From Candidatus Atelocyanobacterium thalassae (GTDB taxonomy: Bacteria; Cyanobacteriota; Cyanobacteriia; Cyanobacteriales; Microcystaceae): a stretch of DNA of 64,000 bases. This document shows, in pieces, positions 29,823 to 41,071 of the stretch. Where the stretch lies: contig JBFPLN010000001.1 in NCBI GenBank assembly GCA_051971635.1, forward strand, positions 160,001-224,000, read 5' to 3'. The first letter of the stretch is position 1; every line of letters starts with the position of its first letter. The notes below the pieces were generated by a model, which saw nothing but the letters and a program-made list of their open reading frames with translations, ran no database searches and was not told the origin of the DNA. The position numbers were made by a program, and so were the translations under genes.

Positions 29823-31052
29823 TCAATTATTTTTTATTGCTTGATTTGTCTTTTTAATTTGCATCAAAAAATATTCTTGATCATGGTTCAGGGAGCGGGC
29901 CAAAATCAGACCTTCCGTAAAAGCGGATAGTGCTAATTCATATTGAAACTTTTCCATATAGATTTCTCCTACTATGCCATATGTTTTCATCAATCCGTAG
30001 TAGTTATATGATATTTTTTCAATTTGAAGTAACTTTTGGTAAATTTGTAAAGCATAGTCAACTTGTTTATAACTTTCGTAAAGAGATGATAATTTTGTTA
30101 ATGCTTCTTCCGCAACCCTAAATAATTTCAACTTCCAGGCTAAAGTATAAGCTTCTTGATAATTTCTACTTGCTATTTCTGGCTGATCTAAAAGCTGATA
30201 ATCTTGACCAACATCAACTTTAAGTGAAGGTATAAAATGTATTTTTTGAGTCAGGAAATAGCTTCTTACTAGTTTCTCCTTAATTTTTACAGAATTATTA
30301 GTTTGTAAAGATGCATTATAAATACTAGATAAAATCTGTAGATAAAATTCTTCTAAATGAATGTTTTTTTTAATTTGTGCTCTATACAATAATTTTTCGT
30401 AAATTTTTGCTGCATTAGGAAAATCAAATTTAGCTAAATATAATTTTCCCAAGCCTTGTAATGATTTTTCTGCGACTAATGTAATTTGCTTTTTTTGAGC
30501 ATGTTTTAAAATTTGTTTATAAACTGTTATAGAGTTATCTAAGCTATTAAGTTTGAAATATGCATCCGCTAGAACCATCAAAAGATTCAAACTTATAGAA
30601 TTTTCTTCTTCAGATATTTTATATAAAATTGAGATTCGGTTACCAATAATTTGTACATCTTCCTTTCTCGCTAGTTCCCATGCAATTTTTCCTATCTCTC
30701 CTAGTCTATTAATTTCTTCAATTCTTCCTAATACTCTTCTTAGTCTTAATTCTCTATACCAGGTAGAAAAAGCTAGATCATCATTACCTATATTTAGCTC
30801 TTTTTGTGCTTTCAGATTTAATTTATTGAGATTTTTTCTTAATCGAGTCTTTTCTAAAATTGTTAATGGACGAACAGTATGTGGAAGTAGGTGATCTTTT
30901 AGAGGTATTTCTAAAGGATCTAATATAGGCTCTGGTAAAGATAGTGCTAAATCATAGAAAAGAACACAATTATTGAAACTAATGATAAAGACTATACTTC
31001 CCAAAGTGCGAATTTTATTTGTAGAGAAGAAATGAATCATAATAGTTGGCAA
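29823..31052 (-). CDS. Tetratricopeptide repeat protein (conserved cyanobacterial)
   Basis: WYRELRLRRVLG motif followed by multiple TPR-like helices; start codon uncertain. Confidence 0.75.
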   Translation of the reverse strand: MPTIMIHFFSTNKIRTLGSIVFIISFNNCVLFYDLALSLPEPILDPLEIPLKDHLLPHTVRPLTILEKTRLRKNLNKLNLKAQKELNIGNDDLAFSTWYRELRLRRVLGRIEEINRLGEIGKIAWELARKEDVQIIGNRISILYKISEEENSISLNLLMVLADAYFKLNSLDNSITVYKQILKHAQKKQITLVAEKSLQGLGKLYLAKFDFPNAAKIYEKLLYRAQIKKNIHLEEFYLQILSSIYNASLQTNNSVKIKEKLVRSYFLTQKIHFIPSLKVDVGQDYQLLDQPEIASRNYQEAYTLAWKLKLFRVAEEALTKLSSLYESYKQVDYALQIYQKLLQIEKISYNYYGLMKTYGIVGEIYMEKFQYELALSAFTEGLILARSLNHDQEYFLMQIKKTNQAIKNN

Positions 31053-31324
31053 AATATTTTAATTAGAAATAATCTAAAAACTGTAATTATATTTACAAAA
31101 ATCAGTTTGCGATTATTTTTTTTATTTAAGAATAATTATAAATTTATATGTTTTAAAACTATCATATACACTTTTTCCTGAAAAGTTATTTTTCACTTTT
31201 TTTACTAAAACTATGAATTTTATGTTTATTAAATAGGTACTATTCTGATGAAAAGAAGTTCAATAATTATTCATTTAAAATGATATATTAATAGACACTT
31301 TTTAATAATTATCATGATTTCGAG

Positions 31325-32185
31325 CTATGTCGTATACTTTCGTGGATTGAATTTTTCTTTAGAACGAATTTGTTCGTATAAGGATACTTCTTCTTCACTA
31401 ATTTCTGAAGGAATAGCTATATGTATTTCTAATAATTGATCACCTCTTTGCCCTAATTCATTAAAATATCCTTTATCAGCTAGACGAAGCTTCTGCCCAG
31501 CTTGTATACCCTTAGGAATTGTTATCTTAACCATACCATCAATTGTAGGAATGGTAATTTCCTCTCCTAATATTGCTTCACTTGGAGTTAATAAAATCTT
31601 AGATATAATATCTATATTTTTTAATTTAAAAAATATATGAGGTGTTATTAGTATTTCAAGATATAAATCTCCTCCACTAAGCCCCTGGTCTTTAAGTCTA
31701 ATTTTTTGGCCATTAGTCATTTTAGATGGCATATCTACTTCTAGAGATCTACCATCTTCTAGGCGTATTCTTTCTCTACCTCCACGATACGCCTTTTCTA
31801 AAGGAATACTTAATTTAGCTTCAACATCTTGTGCACTATAAGAAGAACGAACAAAATTTGATTTTCTGTTAGTATCAGAATTGAAATTTATATCTTTAAA
31901 TTTTGAAAATTTATCCTTTTTCTTATTAATATAAGAATTAACCGCAGAAGAATCATGTCTTTTTTTATTAAATTTTAATCGATTATAGTCTGCTCTTTTA
32001 GTCTCATCTGATAAAACATTATAAGCTTCATTAATACTTTTAAACTTCTCTTCTGATGCTTTATCTCCTGGATTAACATCAGGATGATACTTTCGGGCGA
32101 GTTTACGGAAAGATGTTTTAATTTCTTCTGCAGTAGCATTTTTCGCAACTTCTAAGGTCGCGTAATAGTTATGAATTTGTTGCAT
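31325..32185 (-). CDS. DnaJ class II co-chaperone downstream of dnaK
   Basis: HPD J domain, GGRERIRLEDGRSLEVDMP, RGDQL. Confidence 0.9.
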   Translation of the reverse strand: MQQIHNYYATLEVAKNATAEEIKTSFRKLARKYHPDVNPGDKASEEKFKSINEAYNVLSDETKRADYNRLKFNKKRHDSSAVNSYINKKKDKFSKFKDINFNSDTNRKSNFVRSSYSAQDVEAKLSIPLEKAYRGGRERIRLEDGRSLEVDMPSKMTNGQKIRLKDQGLSGGDLYLEILITPHIFFKLKNIDIISKILLTPSEAILGEEITIPTIDGMVKITIPKGIQAGQKLRLADKGYFNELGQRGDQLLEIHIAIPSEISEEEVSLYEQIRSKEKFNPRKYTT

Positions 32186-32245
32186 ATATCCAATGTTAAA
32201 GAAAAATTGAGAATATTTAAAGTTGATACTGACTTATACTAAGAG

Positions 32246-34375
32246 TTAGAACCAATCATCGTCTTCTTCATCCCATTGATTTTCATTTGGTGTCTGATGA
32301 GAATGGTTACGACCTTGATAGGGGCCATATCGATCCCGAGAATATTTTGAATTTTCTTTAGAAAAAGAGCGATTGTTTTTGCCTTCTTTAAAAGTATCAT
32401 ATTGATCGTTATAACGTTCATATCTAGGAGGTTCGTGATCTTTAAGTTTTTGATAATAGGTAGAATTATAATCAGATTCATAAGATGTATATGAATCTAC
32501 ATCAGAATCATTCGTGAAAGTTCGTTTAATAGATTCTAAAATACCTTCATCTTCCTCTTCATACTGTAAGCGCACCTCTCTATTTAACTCATACAATAAA
32601 TCTTCTAGATCATCTTTCGCTTTATCTAAAGATCTTTCATCATCATTATTTAGGTTTTCAATAATTTCATTATTTAAAACTTCAATTTGACGACGATAGC
32701 TATTGGTAAACTGAGCTCCAAAATCAAGAGTAATATCTTTTATTCTTCTTAACGCTTGATCTGTCAAAGCTTTGGCATTATTGCGTTTCTCTATTCTTTC
32801 TCGTCTTTGCCGATCTTTTTCAGCAAATTTAGCAGCTTCTTGAATCATTCGGCCAATTTCTTTTTCGCTAATAGTCGAAGTTCCTTGAATAAGAACACTC
32901 TGTTCTCTTCCAGTTGCTTTATCTCTTGCAGTAACTTGTAATATTCCATTAGCGTCGATATCAAAGGCAACTTGTACTTGAGGAATTCCTCTTGGAGCAG
33001 GTGAAATTCCTGTAAGTTTAAAACGTCCTAATGACTTATTATCAAAAGTCATTTCACGTTCTCCTTGAACGACATGAATTTCTACTATAGTTTGATTATT
33101 TTCTCCTGTTGAGAAAATATCAGAACGACGCACTGGAATAGTTGTATTACGAGGTATAAGCTTTTTCGTGACACCCCCTATTGTTTCTAACCCCAAAGAA
33201 AGAGGTGTTACATCTAATAATAATATTTCTTTAACCTCACCAGCTAAAATACCTGATTGAATAGCAGCGCCAACTGCTACAACTTCATCGGGATTAACAT
33301 TTTCATTAGGTTCTTTATCAATAAAGCTACGTACTAGAGATTTAATCATCGGCATTCTAGTCCCGCCGCCTACTAATACTACTTCGTCAATTTGAATAGG
33401 AGTTAATCTTGCATCATTCATCACTCTTTTTAGAGGGCGCTGTAAACGAGTCACTAAATCAGAACAAAGATCTTCAAATTCAGGGCGTGTTAGACGTTTT
33501 TCTATATGCTGTGGACCATTTTCTGTAGCAGTAATAAAAGGAAGATTTATATCAGTAACACTTACTCCGGAAAGTTCAATCTTTGCCTTTTCTGCTGCTT
33601 CAGTAAGACGTTGTAAAGCTTGTCTATCTTTTCTTAGATCTGTACCTTCATCTTTTAAAAATTGTTCGGCTAGCCAATCAACAATACGCTTATCAAAGTC
33701 GCTCCCTCCTAGCTGAGTATCACCACTAGTAGATTTAACCTCAAATACTCCATCTCCAACTTCTAAAACGGAAACATCAAAAGTACCGCCCCCTAAATCA
33801 AATACTAGGATTTTTTGAGATATTTTTTGATCTAATCCATAAGCCAGAGATGCTGCCGTTGGCTCATTTATTATTCTTAGTACCTCTAACCCTGCAATTT
33901 TTCCTGCATCTCTAGTAGCTTGTCTTTGAGAATCATTAAAATATGCAGGAACTGTAATTACTGCACTTGTAACAGGCTCTCCTAAATAACGTTCTGCTTC
34001 CTCAGCTAATTTCCTTAAAATAAATCCTGATATTTCTTCAGGAGCAAAATCTTTGTTTAGACGAGGACAGGCCAACTTAATATTGCCATTTTTATCTCGG
34101 CGAATAGTGTAAGGAACTTGCTTAGATTCATTAGTTAACTCATTATATTTACGTCCTATGAATCGTTTAACACTATGATATGTATTTTGGGGATTAAGAA
34201 CAGCCTGCCGTCGTGCCATTTGTCCTATTACTAATTCCCCATCCTTACTAAAGCCTACCATAGAAGGGGTAGTACGCATTCCTTCGGAATTGGCGATAAC
34301 TACTGGCTTGCCGCCTTCCATAACTGCGACTACAGAATTTGTTGTCCCCAGATCAATGCTAACTACTTTACCCAT
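32246..34375 (-). CDS. dnaK: Chaperone DnaK (DnaK3-like, long acidic C-tail)
   Basis: [33 protein letters not shown]-tail ending WDEEDDDWF; paired with dnaJ; ATG at 34375. Confidence 0.93.
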   Translation of the reverse strand: MGKVVSIDLGTTNSVVAVMEGGKPVVIANSEGMRTTPSMVGFSKDGELVIGQMARRQAVLNPQNTYHSVKRFIGRKYNELTNESKQVPYTIRRDKNGNIKLACPRLNKDFAPEEISGFILRKLAEEAERYLGEPVTSAVITVPAYFNDSQRQATRDAGKIAGLEVLRIINEPTAASLAYGLDQKISQKILVFDLGGGTFDVSVLEVGDGVFEVKSTSGDTQLGGSDFDKRIVDWLAEQFLKDEGTDLRKDRQALQRLTEAAEKAKIELSGVSVTDINLPFITATENGPQHIEKRLTRPEFEDLCSDLVTRLQRPLKRVMNDARLTPIQIDEVVLVGGGTRMPMIKSLVRSFIDKEPNENVNPDEVVAVGAAIQSGILAGEVKEILLLDVTPLSLGLETIGGVTKKLIPRNTTIPVRRSDIFSTGENNQTIVEIHVVQGEREMTFDNKSLGRFKLTGISPAPRGIPQVQVAFDIDANGILQVTARDKATGREQSVLIQGTSTISEKEIGRMIQEAAKFAEKDRQRRERIEKRNNAKALTDQALRRIKDITLDFGAQFTNSYRRQIEVLNNEIIENLNNDDERSLDKAKDDLEDLLYELNREVRLQYEEEDEGILESIKRTFTNDSDVDSYTSYESDYNSTYYQKLKDHEPPRYERYNDQYDTFKEGKNNRSFSKENSKYSRDRYGPYQGRNHSHQTPNENQWDEEDDDWF

Positions 34376-34785
34376 GTATCTTTTTTTCTCCAACTACTCC
34401 GTTTTAAATATGAGTGTTATTTATGCAAAAACTTAATTTTAATATATATTTCGCTAACGATAATGATATTGTATCTAATTATGTAAAGTTATTATGGCCA
34501 AATACATTAATAGTTTTCCTCAGTTAGAACTTATAGTTTTAGTAAATGAATAATATAAATATATGCATGTATACACTTATATTGTTTTTTATAATCTGAA
34601 CAGATATCTGATTGGTATTTAAATTATTAGGAGTAGAAAATATTTATATTTCACTAATTTTTTAGATTATTTTCTTAACTTTAATAAATATTAAATTTTA
34701 TTTATAAGAATAACAACAAATATATAAAGCTAAATCTTTCCTCACGATGCATGGTATTCAAGCATTAGTAGAATTAAAATTTAAA

Positions 34786-34825
34786 AACGTAGTAATAGAA
34801 AGTATTGGAAGTCTATTACTACGTT
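34786..34825. terminator. 14-bp perfect inverted repeat, 12-nt loop
   Basis: AACGTAGTAATAGA / TCTATTACTACGTT, downstream of the nfu gene. Confidence 0.65.
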
Positions 34826-34882
34826 CATTAGCAAAAGAAAAAATACTTAATGATACATAGTTTCTTTCCAAGTCTTCAAATT

Positions 34883-35125
34883 TTAAAATGCTTGTTCAAC
34901 TTCTGAAACTTCAGGAATCATTTCTTTCAAACGCCTTTCAATTCCCATTTTGAGCGTCATGGTAGAACTGGGACAGGAACCACATGCTCCTTGTAAACGT
35001 AACTTTACGATTGCCCCGTCTATTTCAACAAGTTCTACGTTACCTCCGTCTGCTATCAAATATGGGCGTAACTCATCTAAAACTTGTTCGACATTAGTTG
35101 GTGTTAAGGCCATTACTTCTGACAT
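34883..35125 (-). CDS. nfuA: NifU C-terminal-domain / NfuA Fe-S scaffold
   Basis: [24 protein letters not shown]. Confidence 0.9.
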   Translation of the reverse strand: MSEVMALTPTNVEQVLDELRPYLIADGGNVELVEIDGAIVKLRLQGACGSCPSSTMTLKMGIERRLKEMIPEVSEVEQAF

Positions 35126-35688
35126 ATTTACCTCGATTATATTGAATTAAAATTAGGGGGATTAAGAGATTTATTCTCTTTTACCCAATGAATAAAAACT
35201 ATAGAAGACTTTTACTTGCTAGTAATGCTAGTGTAACTCATGATTGTAGAAACTGTATTTTAAGTTAAGATTCTATTTTGTATCTTGATACAAATATGTT
35301 AAACATAATCGAAGTTAGAATATTTACTAAGAACTTTAATAGATACAAAAATGGACCTTAAACCTACTTAATAAGATACAACCATAATTATTAAGCGTCT
35401 AAAAATATAGCTAAAAAATAGTATAAAGTTCAACATTCACCTTTTTAATTGCTAAATTATGCATTATTTTGATTAGTATATATTAAAGCTTATTTACACT
35501 TTCATTCTCCGATAGTGTGACCAGTTTAGCTATTGTAAATAGTACAATTTTCTAGTTTCTAAATGGTCTCTTTTTACTTTTATTAATTAAAAAGTTTGAT
35601 GACTATAATTTAAGTAGAACTTATTTTCATTCTATTAAGTAGTTGGTATAAATATAATTAATATATATCAACTACTTAATAAAATCAT

Positions 35689-37239
35689 CTAGCTTTCTGA
35701 ATTTTGATTTTTTAGCAATGGAAAAGCAATTACATCTTTTATACTTGAGGAATTTGTCAACAACATAACAAGACGATCAATACCAATTCCCAATCCTCCA
35801 GTAGGTGGCATTCCATACTCTAAAGCTGTTAAAAAATCTTCGTCTATATTGTGAGCCTCTAGATCTCCTGATTCTTTTTTTAAAGCCTGCTTTTCTAGTC
35901 TTTGTCGTTGATCAATAGGATCAGTTAATTCAGAAAAACTGTTTGCTAGTTCTCGTCCCATTGCATAGAGTTCAAATCGTTCAACTATATTTTCTTTAGT
36001 ACGATGAGGCTTCGCTAATGGAGAAATTTCAATGGGAAAATCTAAAATAAATGTAGGTTGTATTAATGTCTCTTCTACAGTTTGTTCAAAAACTTCGTTA
36101 AGTAAATTTCCTAAAGTCTGACATGTTTCTGAAACTTGTACTCCTATTTCACTTACTGCTATTTTAGCTTCTTCAAAATCTCTAAAACTATTAAAGTCTA
36201 AATTATTTTTCTCTTTAACTATTTCATGCATAGTAATTCTGCGCCAAGGCAGTGAAAAATCAATTTCTTGTTCCTGGCACTTGAAAATCATGCCTTTATC
36301 GATATCATGAACAATCTTAGTAATGAGTTTTTCTGTTAAATCCATCATGTCATTATAATCTGAATATGCTTCATAAATTTCAATAGAAGTAAATTCTGGA
36401 TTATGTTTAGTTGAAATTCCTTCATTACGAAAAATTCTACCTATCTCAAATACTTTTTCAAATCCACCAACTATTAACCTTTTCAAATGTAATTCTGTCG
36501 CAATCCTCAAATACAAATCCATATTCAATGTATTATGGTATGTTGTGAAAGGACGGGCATCCGCTCCACCTGCTTCAGAATGTAAAACAGGTGTTTCTAT
36601 CTCTATGAAACCTTTCTCTTCTAAAAAATTACGAATAGAAGATATTATCCTTGAGCGAGAACGAAAAGTTTCTCGTGTATTAGGACTAACTATTAAATCA
36701 ATATATCTTTGACGGTAACGCTTTTCTTTATCAGTTAAACCATGCCATTTATCAGGAAGTGGTAATAAGGATTTGGTTAAAATCTCATATGTTTTCACTT
36801 TAATAGACAGTTCACCCTTTTCTGTCTTTTTTATACTTCCTCTGACTCCAATAATATCACCAGTATCTATCAGTTTTTTAAGATGATTAAAGGAGTCATC
36901 TATATTGTTCATATTACTTTGAATAATATTTTTATCAAGATATAGTTGAATAGTCCCTGTCTCATCCTGTAAGGTAAAAAATGCAAGTTTCCCAAAAACT
37001 CTACGAGCCATCACTCTTCCAGCAAGTGAAACTTCTATCTCTACTTCTTCCCCCTGGCTCAAATCAGTATAAGATTTCTGCAAACAAGCAGCATTGTGAG
37101 TAGATTTCCACTGATAAGCATAAGGAGTCAAACCTAATTTTTTTAACTCTTCTACCTTTGCAAGACGTGTAGCACGAATTTCTTGTAAGCTAGAAGTAGA
37201 TTGAGCTTCTTGCTGTGATAAATTAAAAGACATTTGCAA
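35689..37239 (-). CDS. lysS: Lysine--tRNA ligase (class II)
   Basis: [41 protein letters not shown]. Confidence 0.96.
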   Translation of the reverse strand: MQMSFNLSQQEAQSTSSLQEIRATRLAKVEELKKLGLTPYAYQWKSTHNAACLQKSYTDLSQGEEVEIEVSLAGRVMARRVFGKLAFFTLQDETGTIQLYLDKNIIQSNMNNIDDSFNHLKKLIDTGDIIGVRGSIKKTEKGELSIKVKTYEILTKSLLPLPDKWHGLTDKEKRYRQRYIDLIVSPNTRETFRSRSRIISSIRNFLEEKGFIEIETPVLHSEAGGADARPFTTYHNTLNMDLYLRIATELHLKRLIVGGFEKVFEIGRIFRNEGISTKHNPEFTSIEIYEAYSDYNDMMDLTEKLITKIVHDIDKGMIFKCQEQEIDFSLPWRRITMHEIVKEKNNLDFNSFRDFEEAKIAVSEIGVQVSETCQTLGNLLNEVFEQTVEETLIQPTFILDFPIEISPLAKPHRTKENIVERFELYAMGRELANSFSELTDPIDQRQRLEKQALKKESGDLEAHNIDEDFLTALEYGMPPTGGLGIGIDRLVMLLTNSSSIKDVIAFPLLKNQNSES

Positions 37240-37401
37240 TATAAATTATATGGTTTTTGAAAATTGAATAAGGTCTGAGCTTATTAATTGAGCTATTATT
37301 ATAGCGTTACAGATACTTGAAACAGATATTTTACTAATCACACATCACGATATTTTTATATTTATTTCTCCATATATCTTAGAAGTGGGAAGTACTATTT
37401 C

Positions 37402-37443
37402 AAAAATAAATAGTTGATGACTGTACAACAACTATTTATTTTT
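37402..37443. repeat. 15-bp perfect inverted repeat, 12-nt loop, in the divergent lysS/ktrB spacer
   Basis: AAAAATAAATAGTTG / CAACTATTTATTTTT. Confidence 0.65.
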
Positions 37444-37749
37444 TCACTAATTATATTTCTTCTATCATGAAATATGAAACTCCATATTCAAAAATGTATT
37501 CAGACAAACAAAAATACTCATGTTATATTTATTTAAGTACCATTAACAATATTAATATTTAGATTTTTAGGAATATTAAAAAAGTTTATGTAGCTATTTT
37601 TTTAATATCGATATGGTTTATTAAAAATTAATTTAACATACATTATACAGTCTTATAATGTGACATAGATTAAGGTTTAATTAGTAGATAATAGTATCTT
37701 TTATATTTATGTTAAGGTATGAGCGATTCAGTCCTATCAAGAATTTTTA

Positions 37750-39120
37750 TTGCTAATGACAATTGCAAGGACAATTTGCCTAGGTTTTCTCGCAGTAATT
37801 TTAGTGGGCACATTATTACTGATGTTGCCATTTGCTACTAGTAATGGAAATTGGAGTAATCCCTTAGTTGCCTTGTTTACATCTACCTCTGCTGTATGTG
37901 TAACAGGACTAGTTGTTGTTGATACCGGGAGTTATTTCTCTTTTTGGGGTCAGCTAGTCATTTTACTGCTGATCCAAATAGGAGGCTTAGGATATATGAC
38001 AACAACAACTTTTCTTATTTTAATATTGGGTAGAAAATTTGATCTTAGACAAAAGTTAGCAATTAAAGAACCATTTGATAGTTCTCATTTGTATGGTAGT
38101 AGCCAAAACATAATTATTTCAATTGTTGCAACGACCATGATCTTCGAAATTCTCGGAATCTTATTGATGCTTAACGTGTTTTCGGATAAATATGGAACTC
38201 TTCAAGGTTTATGGATAGCTACTTTTCATAGTATTAGTGCTTGGAATAATGCGGGGTTTAGCTTGTTTCCGGATAGTTTAATTAGTGTCGGTGATTCTTT
38301 TATAATCAACTTTGTAATTTCTGTTTTGATTATATTTGGAGGTATTGGTTATCAAGTTATTATTGAAATGTACATAGCAATTAGACATAAGCTAAAAAAT
38401 AAGCAAGAAAGATTAGGATTTTCCCTGAATTTTAAAGTTGCAATTAGTACAACTATTACTTTGCTGATTGCTGGCACGATAATATTTCTCATAGCTGAAT
38501 ATAATAATCAAGCTACTTTGGGACCACTAAATTTTCACAACAAATTGTTAACAGCTTGGTTTCAATCTGTTACTACAAGAACAGCTGGGTTTAACAGTAT
38601 CGATATTAGAAACATGACTTTTGCTGGTCTATTTTTAACTATGGGGCTAATGTTTGTAGGAGCAAGTTCTAATGGGACGGGAGGAGGTATTAAGACTACA
38701 ACACTTTGTATCTTGACTAACTGCACACGTTCTGTTTTGAGAGGAAATCATGAGGTAGTAATGTTTCGTAGAGAAGTTCCTGTTTCTTTAATTTTGAAAG
38801 CAGTTGCTGTCGTGTTTGGCTCAACAAATATGGTTGTTTTAATGACATTATTGATTTCGTTATCTGAGGCTAGTTTAAATCCTACTTTTTTTGACTCTGG
38901 AATAAGTTCATTACAAGTTTTGTTTGAAGTAATTTCTGCATTTGCAACTGTAGGACTGTCTACAGGGATTACAGCTGATTTATCTTTTCTATCACAACTT
39001 TTGTTAATTTTAACAATGTATGTTGGAAGAGTAGGAATACTTGTTTTTATAGCAGCTGTTTCTAAAGAATCTCGGCCACGATTAATACAATATCCTGAAG
39101 AAACTTTATTGGTCGGATAA
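37750..39120 (+). CDS. ktrB: KtrB/TrkH potassium uptake membrane subunit
   Basis: SAVCVTGL, SAWNNAGFS, RTAGF, GTGGGIK, SAFATVGLS pore loops. Confidence 0.92.
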   Translation: MLMTIARTICLGFLAVILVGTLLLMLPFATSNGNWSNPLVALFTSTSAVCVTGLVVVDTGSYFSFWGQLVILLLIQIGGLGYMTTTTFLILILGRKFDLRQKLAIKEPFDSSHLYGSSQNIIISIVATTMIFEILGILLMLNVFSDKYGTLQGLWIATFHSISAWNNAGFSLFPDSLISVGDSFIINFVISVLIIFGGIGYQVIIEMYIAIRHKLKNKQERLGFSLNFKVAISTTITLLIAGTIIFLIAEYNNQATLGPLNFHNKLLTAWFQSVTTRTAGFNSIDIRNMTFAGLFLTMGLMFVGASSNGTGGGIKTTTLCILTNCTRSVLRGNHEVVMFRREVPVSLILKAVAVVFGSTNMVVLMTLLISLSEASLNPTFFDSGISSLQVLFEVISAFATVGLSTGITADLSFLSQLLLILTMYVGRVGILVFIAAVSKESRPRLIQYPEETLLVG

Positions 39121-39177
39121 GTTGCAAATTTGATATTATTATATGTAGCTATTTCTAAACAAGGGTGAGGTATTAAT

Positions 39178-39870
39178 TTGAAGTCCTTAAATTTTTTAAG
39201 TATTCTTCGCAGAGAAACCCGTCAATTTGCAGTAATTGGACTAGGACGCTTTGGACGTTCAGTATGTAGAAACCTTCATAAATTAGGTTATGAAGTATTA
39301 GGAACAGATATAAAGGAATCTTTAGTATCTCAAGTTTTAGCTGAAAACATTGCTTCCAGTGCCATTAAATTAGATTCAACCAAACCCAATGCTTTAAAGG
39401 AAGCAGGTATTTTTGAATTTGATACTGTTATTATTGCTATTGGTAATTATCTAGAAGAAAGTATTGTTACTGCTTTAAATGTTAAAGAAGGAGGTGTAAA
39501 ATATGTAATTGCCAAGGCCTCTTCTGATGTGCATGGTAAGCTTCTTCAAAAAGTTGGGGCTGATCTAGTTGTATATCCTGAATATCAAGCTGGATGTGAT
39601 TTAGTTCATTTACTTACACAAAATCCTAGAATTATAGAAAGGTTTGAACTTGATCCTGATCATAGTATTGTAGAAACTCGTATTCCTCAAGAGTTCCATG
39701 GGATAGCTATTGAAGAATTAAAGCTTAGAAGTCGATATGATATAAGTGTATTAGCAGTAGGTAATGATGATAAATTCAAAATTAATCCTTCGCCCCAAGA
39801 GAAATTAAACAAGAATTTATCAATGGTTGTTATTGGTTCCAATAAGGCAATTCAAAAACTACCTCTATAA
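39178..39870 (+). CDS. ktrA: KtrA/TrkA potassium uptake regulatory subunit
   Basis: VIGLGRFG Rossmann motif, GADLVVYPE, RCK_C domain. Confidence 0.92.
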   Translation: MKSLNFLSILRRETRQFAVIGLGRFGRSVCRNLHKLGYEVLGTDIKESLVSQVLAENIASSAIKLDSTKPNALKEAGIFEFDTVIIAIGNYLEESIVTALNVKEGGVKYVIAKASSDVHGKLLQKVGADLVVYPEYQAGCDLVHLLTQNPRIIERFELDPDHSIVETRIPQEFHGIAIEELKLRSRYDISVLAVGNDDKFKINPSPQEKLNKNLSMVVIGSNKAIQKLPL

Positions 39871-39871
39871 G

Positions 39872-40426
39872 TTAGATATCAGGAAAAACATTATTATTTT
39901 TAATTGATGTAGAATTTAAAAGAAATAGAGATGCGCGAGCTATGGCCTCATGGGACAAGTTGATTTTAGTTAACTTTATTAAACCTTCTTTAATAAACAT
40001 ATCTCTAATTGAGGTTTTACTACCTTTGTTAAATTCCGTCTCATAAAAAACTTCTTTAATTCCAGCAGAAATTATTAGTTTTAAACAAGACATACAAGGT
40101 TCTAACGTTACATAAATAGTAGACTCATTGGTAGAAATGCTATGTTTTGCTGCCTGTGCGATTGCATTTGCTTCTGCATGTACAGCCCGTGAAGGCAAAT
40201 TACTGGAAGAAATGCAGCTGTTAAGTCCTGGATAGCAAACACCCTGAGTTATGCAGTGAGTAGAATTAGCAGGAGGTCCATTGTAGCCAGTAGATAATAC
40301 TTGTTTATTTTTTACAATCACAGCACCTACTGGGAAAGCTAAGCAAGTAGATCTTGTAGCAGCCAATTTAGCCATCATCATAAAATATTCGTTCCAAGTA
40401 AGTCTTTTACCTTTTAGATATGTCAT
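39872..40426 (-). CDS. dCMP deaminase (ComEB family)
   Basis: WNEYFM, RSTC..VGAVIV, GYNG, HAEANAI, PCMSC Zn motif. Confidence 0.9.
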   Translation of the reverse strand: MTYLKGKRLTWNEYFMMMAKLAATRSTCLAFPVGAVIVKNKQVLSTGYNGPPANSTHCITQGVCYPGLNSCISSSNLPSRAVHAEANAIAQAAKHSISTNESTIYVTLEPCMSCLKLIISAGIKEVFYETEFNKGSKTSIRDMFIKEGLIKLTKINLSHEAIARASLFLLNSTSIKNNNVFPDI

Positions 40427-40458
40427 AAAAATAGTTATGAAAATTATTTAGAAAAACA

Positions 40459-40890
40459 CTAGATTCCTGTTGATCCAAATCCATTGGTGCCTCTTATTGA
40501 AGATTTTAAAGAGTTTACTTCTTCAATTTCAACATGCATGATAGGTACAATAACCATCTGTGCGATTCTCATACCTGGTAAGACTTTAAATGATCTTGAG
40601 CCGTGATTGATCAAAATTACTCCAATTTCTCCACGATATCCTTCATCAATAGTTCCCGGAGTATTTAAAACAGTAATTTGACTTTTTAAGGCTAAGCCAC
40701 TTCTAGGACGAATTTGTGCTTCTGTCTTGGGAGGTAGTTCAATGGAAATACCAATTTTGACTAATTTACTTTCACCAGGTTTAATTTCTATTTCTTCTAC
40801 AGCTCTTAAATCCATTCCTGAATCTTTACAATGTTCGTATTGTGGAATAACTGCAGAATCCTTTAATTTGACTATTTTTAGCTTATTCAT
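40459..40890 (-). CDS. dut: dUTP diphosphatase
   Basis: [37 protein letters not shown]. Confidence 0.95.
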   Translation of the reverse strand: MNKLKIVKLKDSAVIPQYEHCKDSGMDLRAVEEIEIKPGESKLVKIGISIELPPKTEAQIRPRSGLALKSQITVLNTPGTIDEGYRGEIGVILINHGSRSFKVLPGMRIAQMVIVPIMHVEIEEVNSLKSSIRGTNGFGSTGI

Positions 40891-41071
40891 ATGAGTATTT
40901 ATCTATATCGAAAAATCAAGTTAACTTAAAATTCTACCGAAAATAATTATAAAAAATAAGTATTTACCAAAATTTGTATTTTATATATGAAAGTTTAACT
41001 ATCCTAACAAAATTATATTCTGATATCAAAAGCTATAAATACTTACATAATAATCTCAAGGATTCATCAGA

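Noticed and set aside
32239..32481. 80-aa alternative-frame ORF over the dnaK tail
   Set aside because: Shadow frame of a low-complexity tail; no family features
35277..35294. TTTGTATC-TT-GATACAAA palindrome upstream of nfuA as an NtcA site
   Set aside because: Spacing is GTA-N6-TAC, not the NtcA GTA-N8-TAC; it may bind something else but this is unsupported
37240..37749. c-di-AMP (ydaO) riboswitch upstream of ktrB
   Set aside because: No ydaO consensus elements recognised
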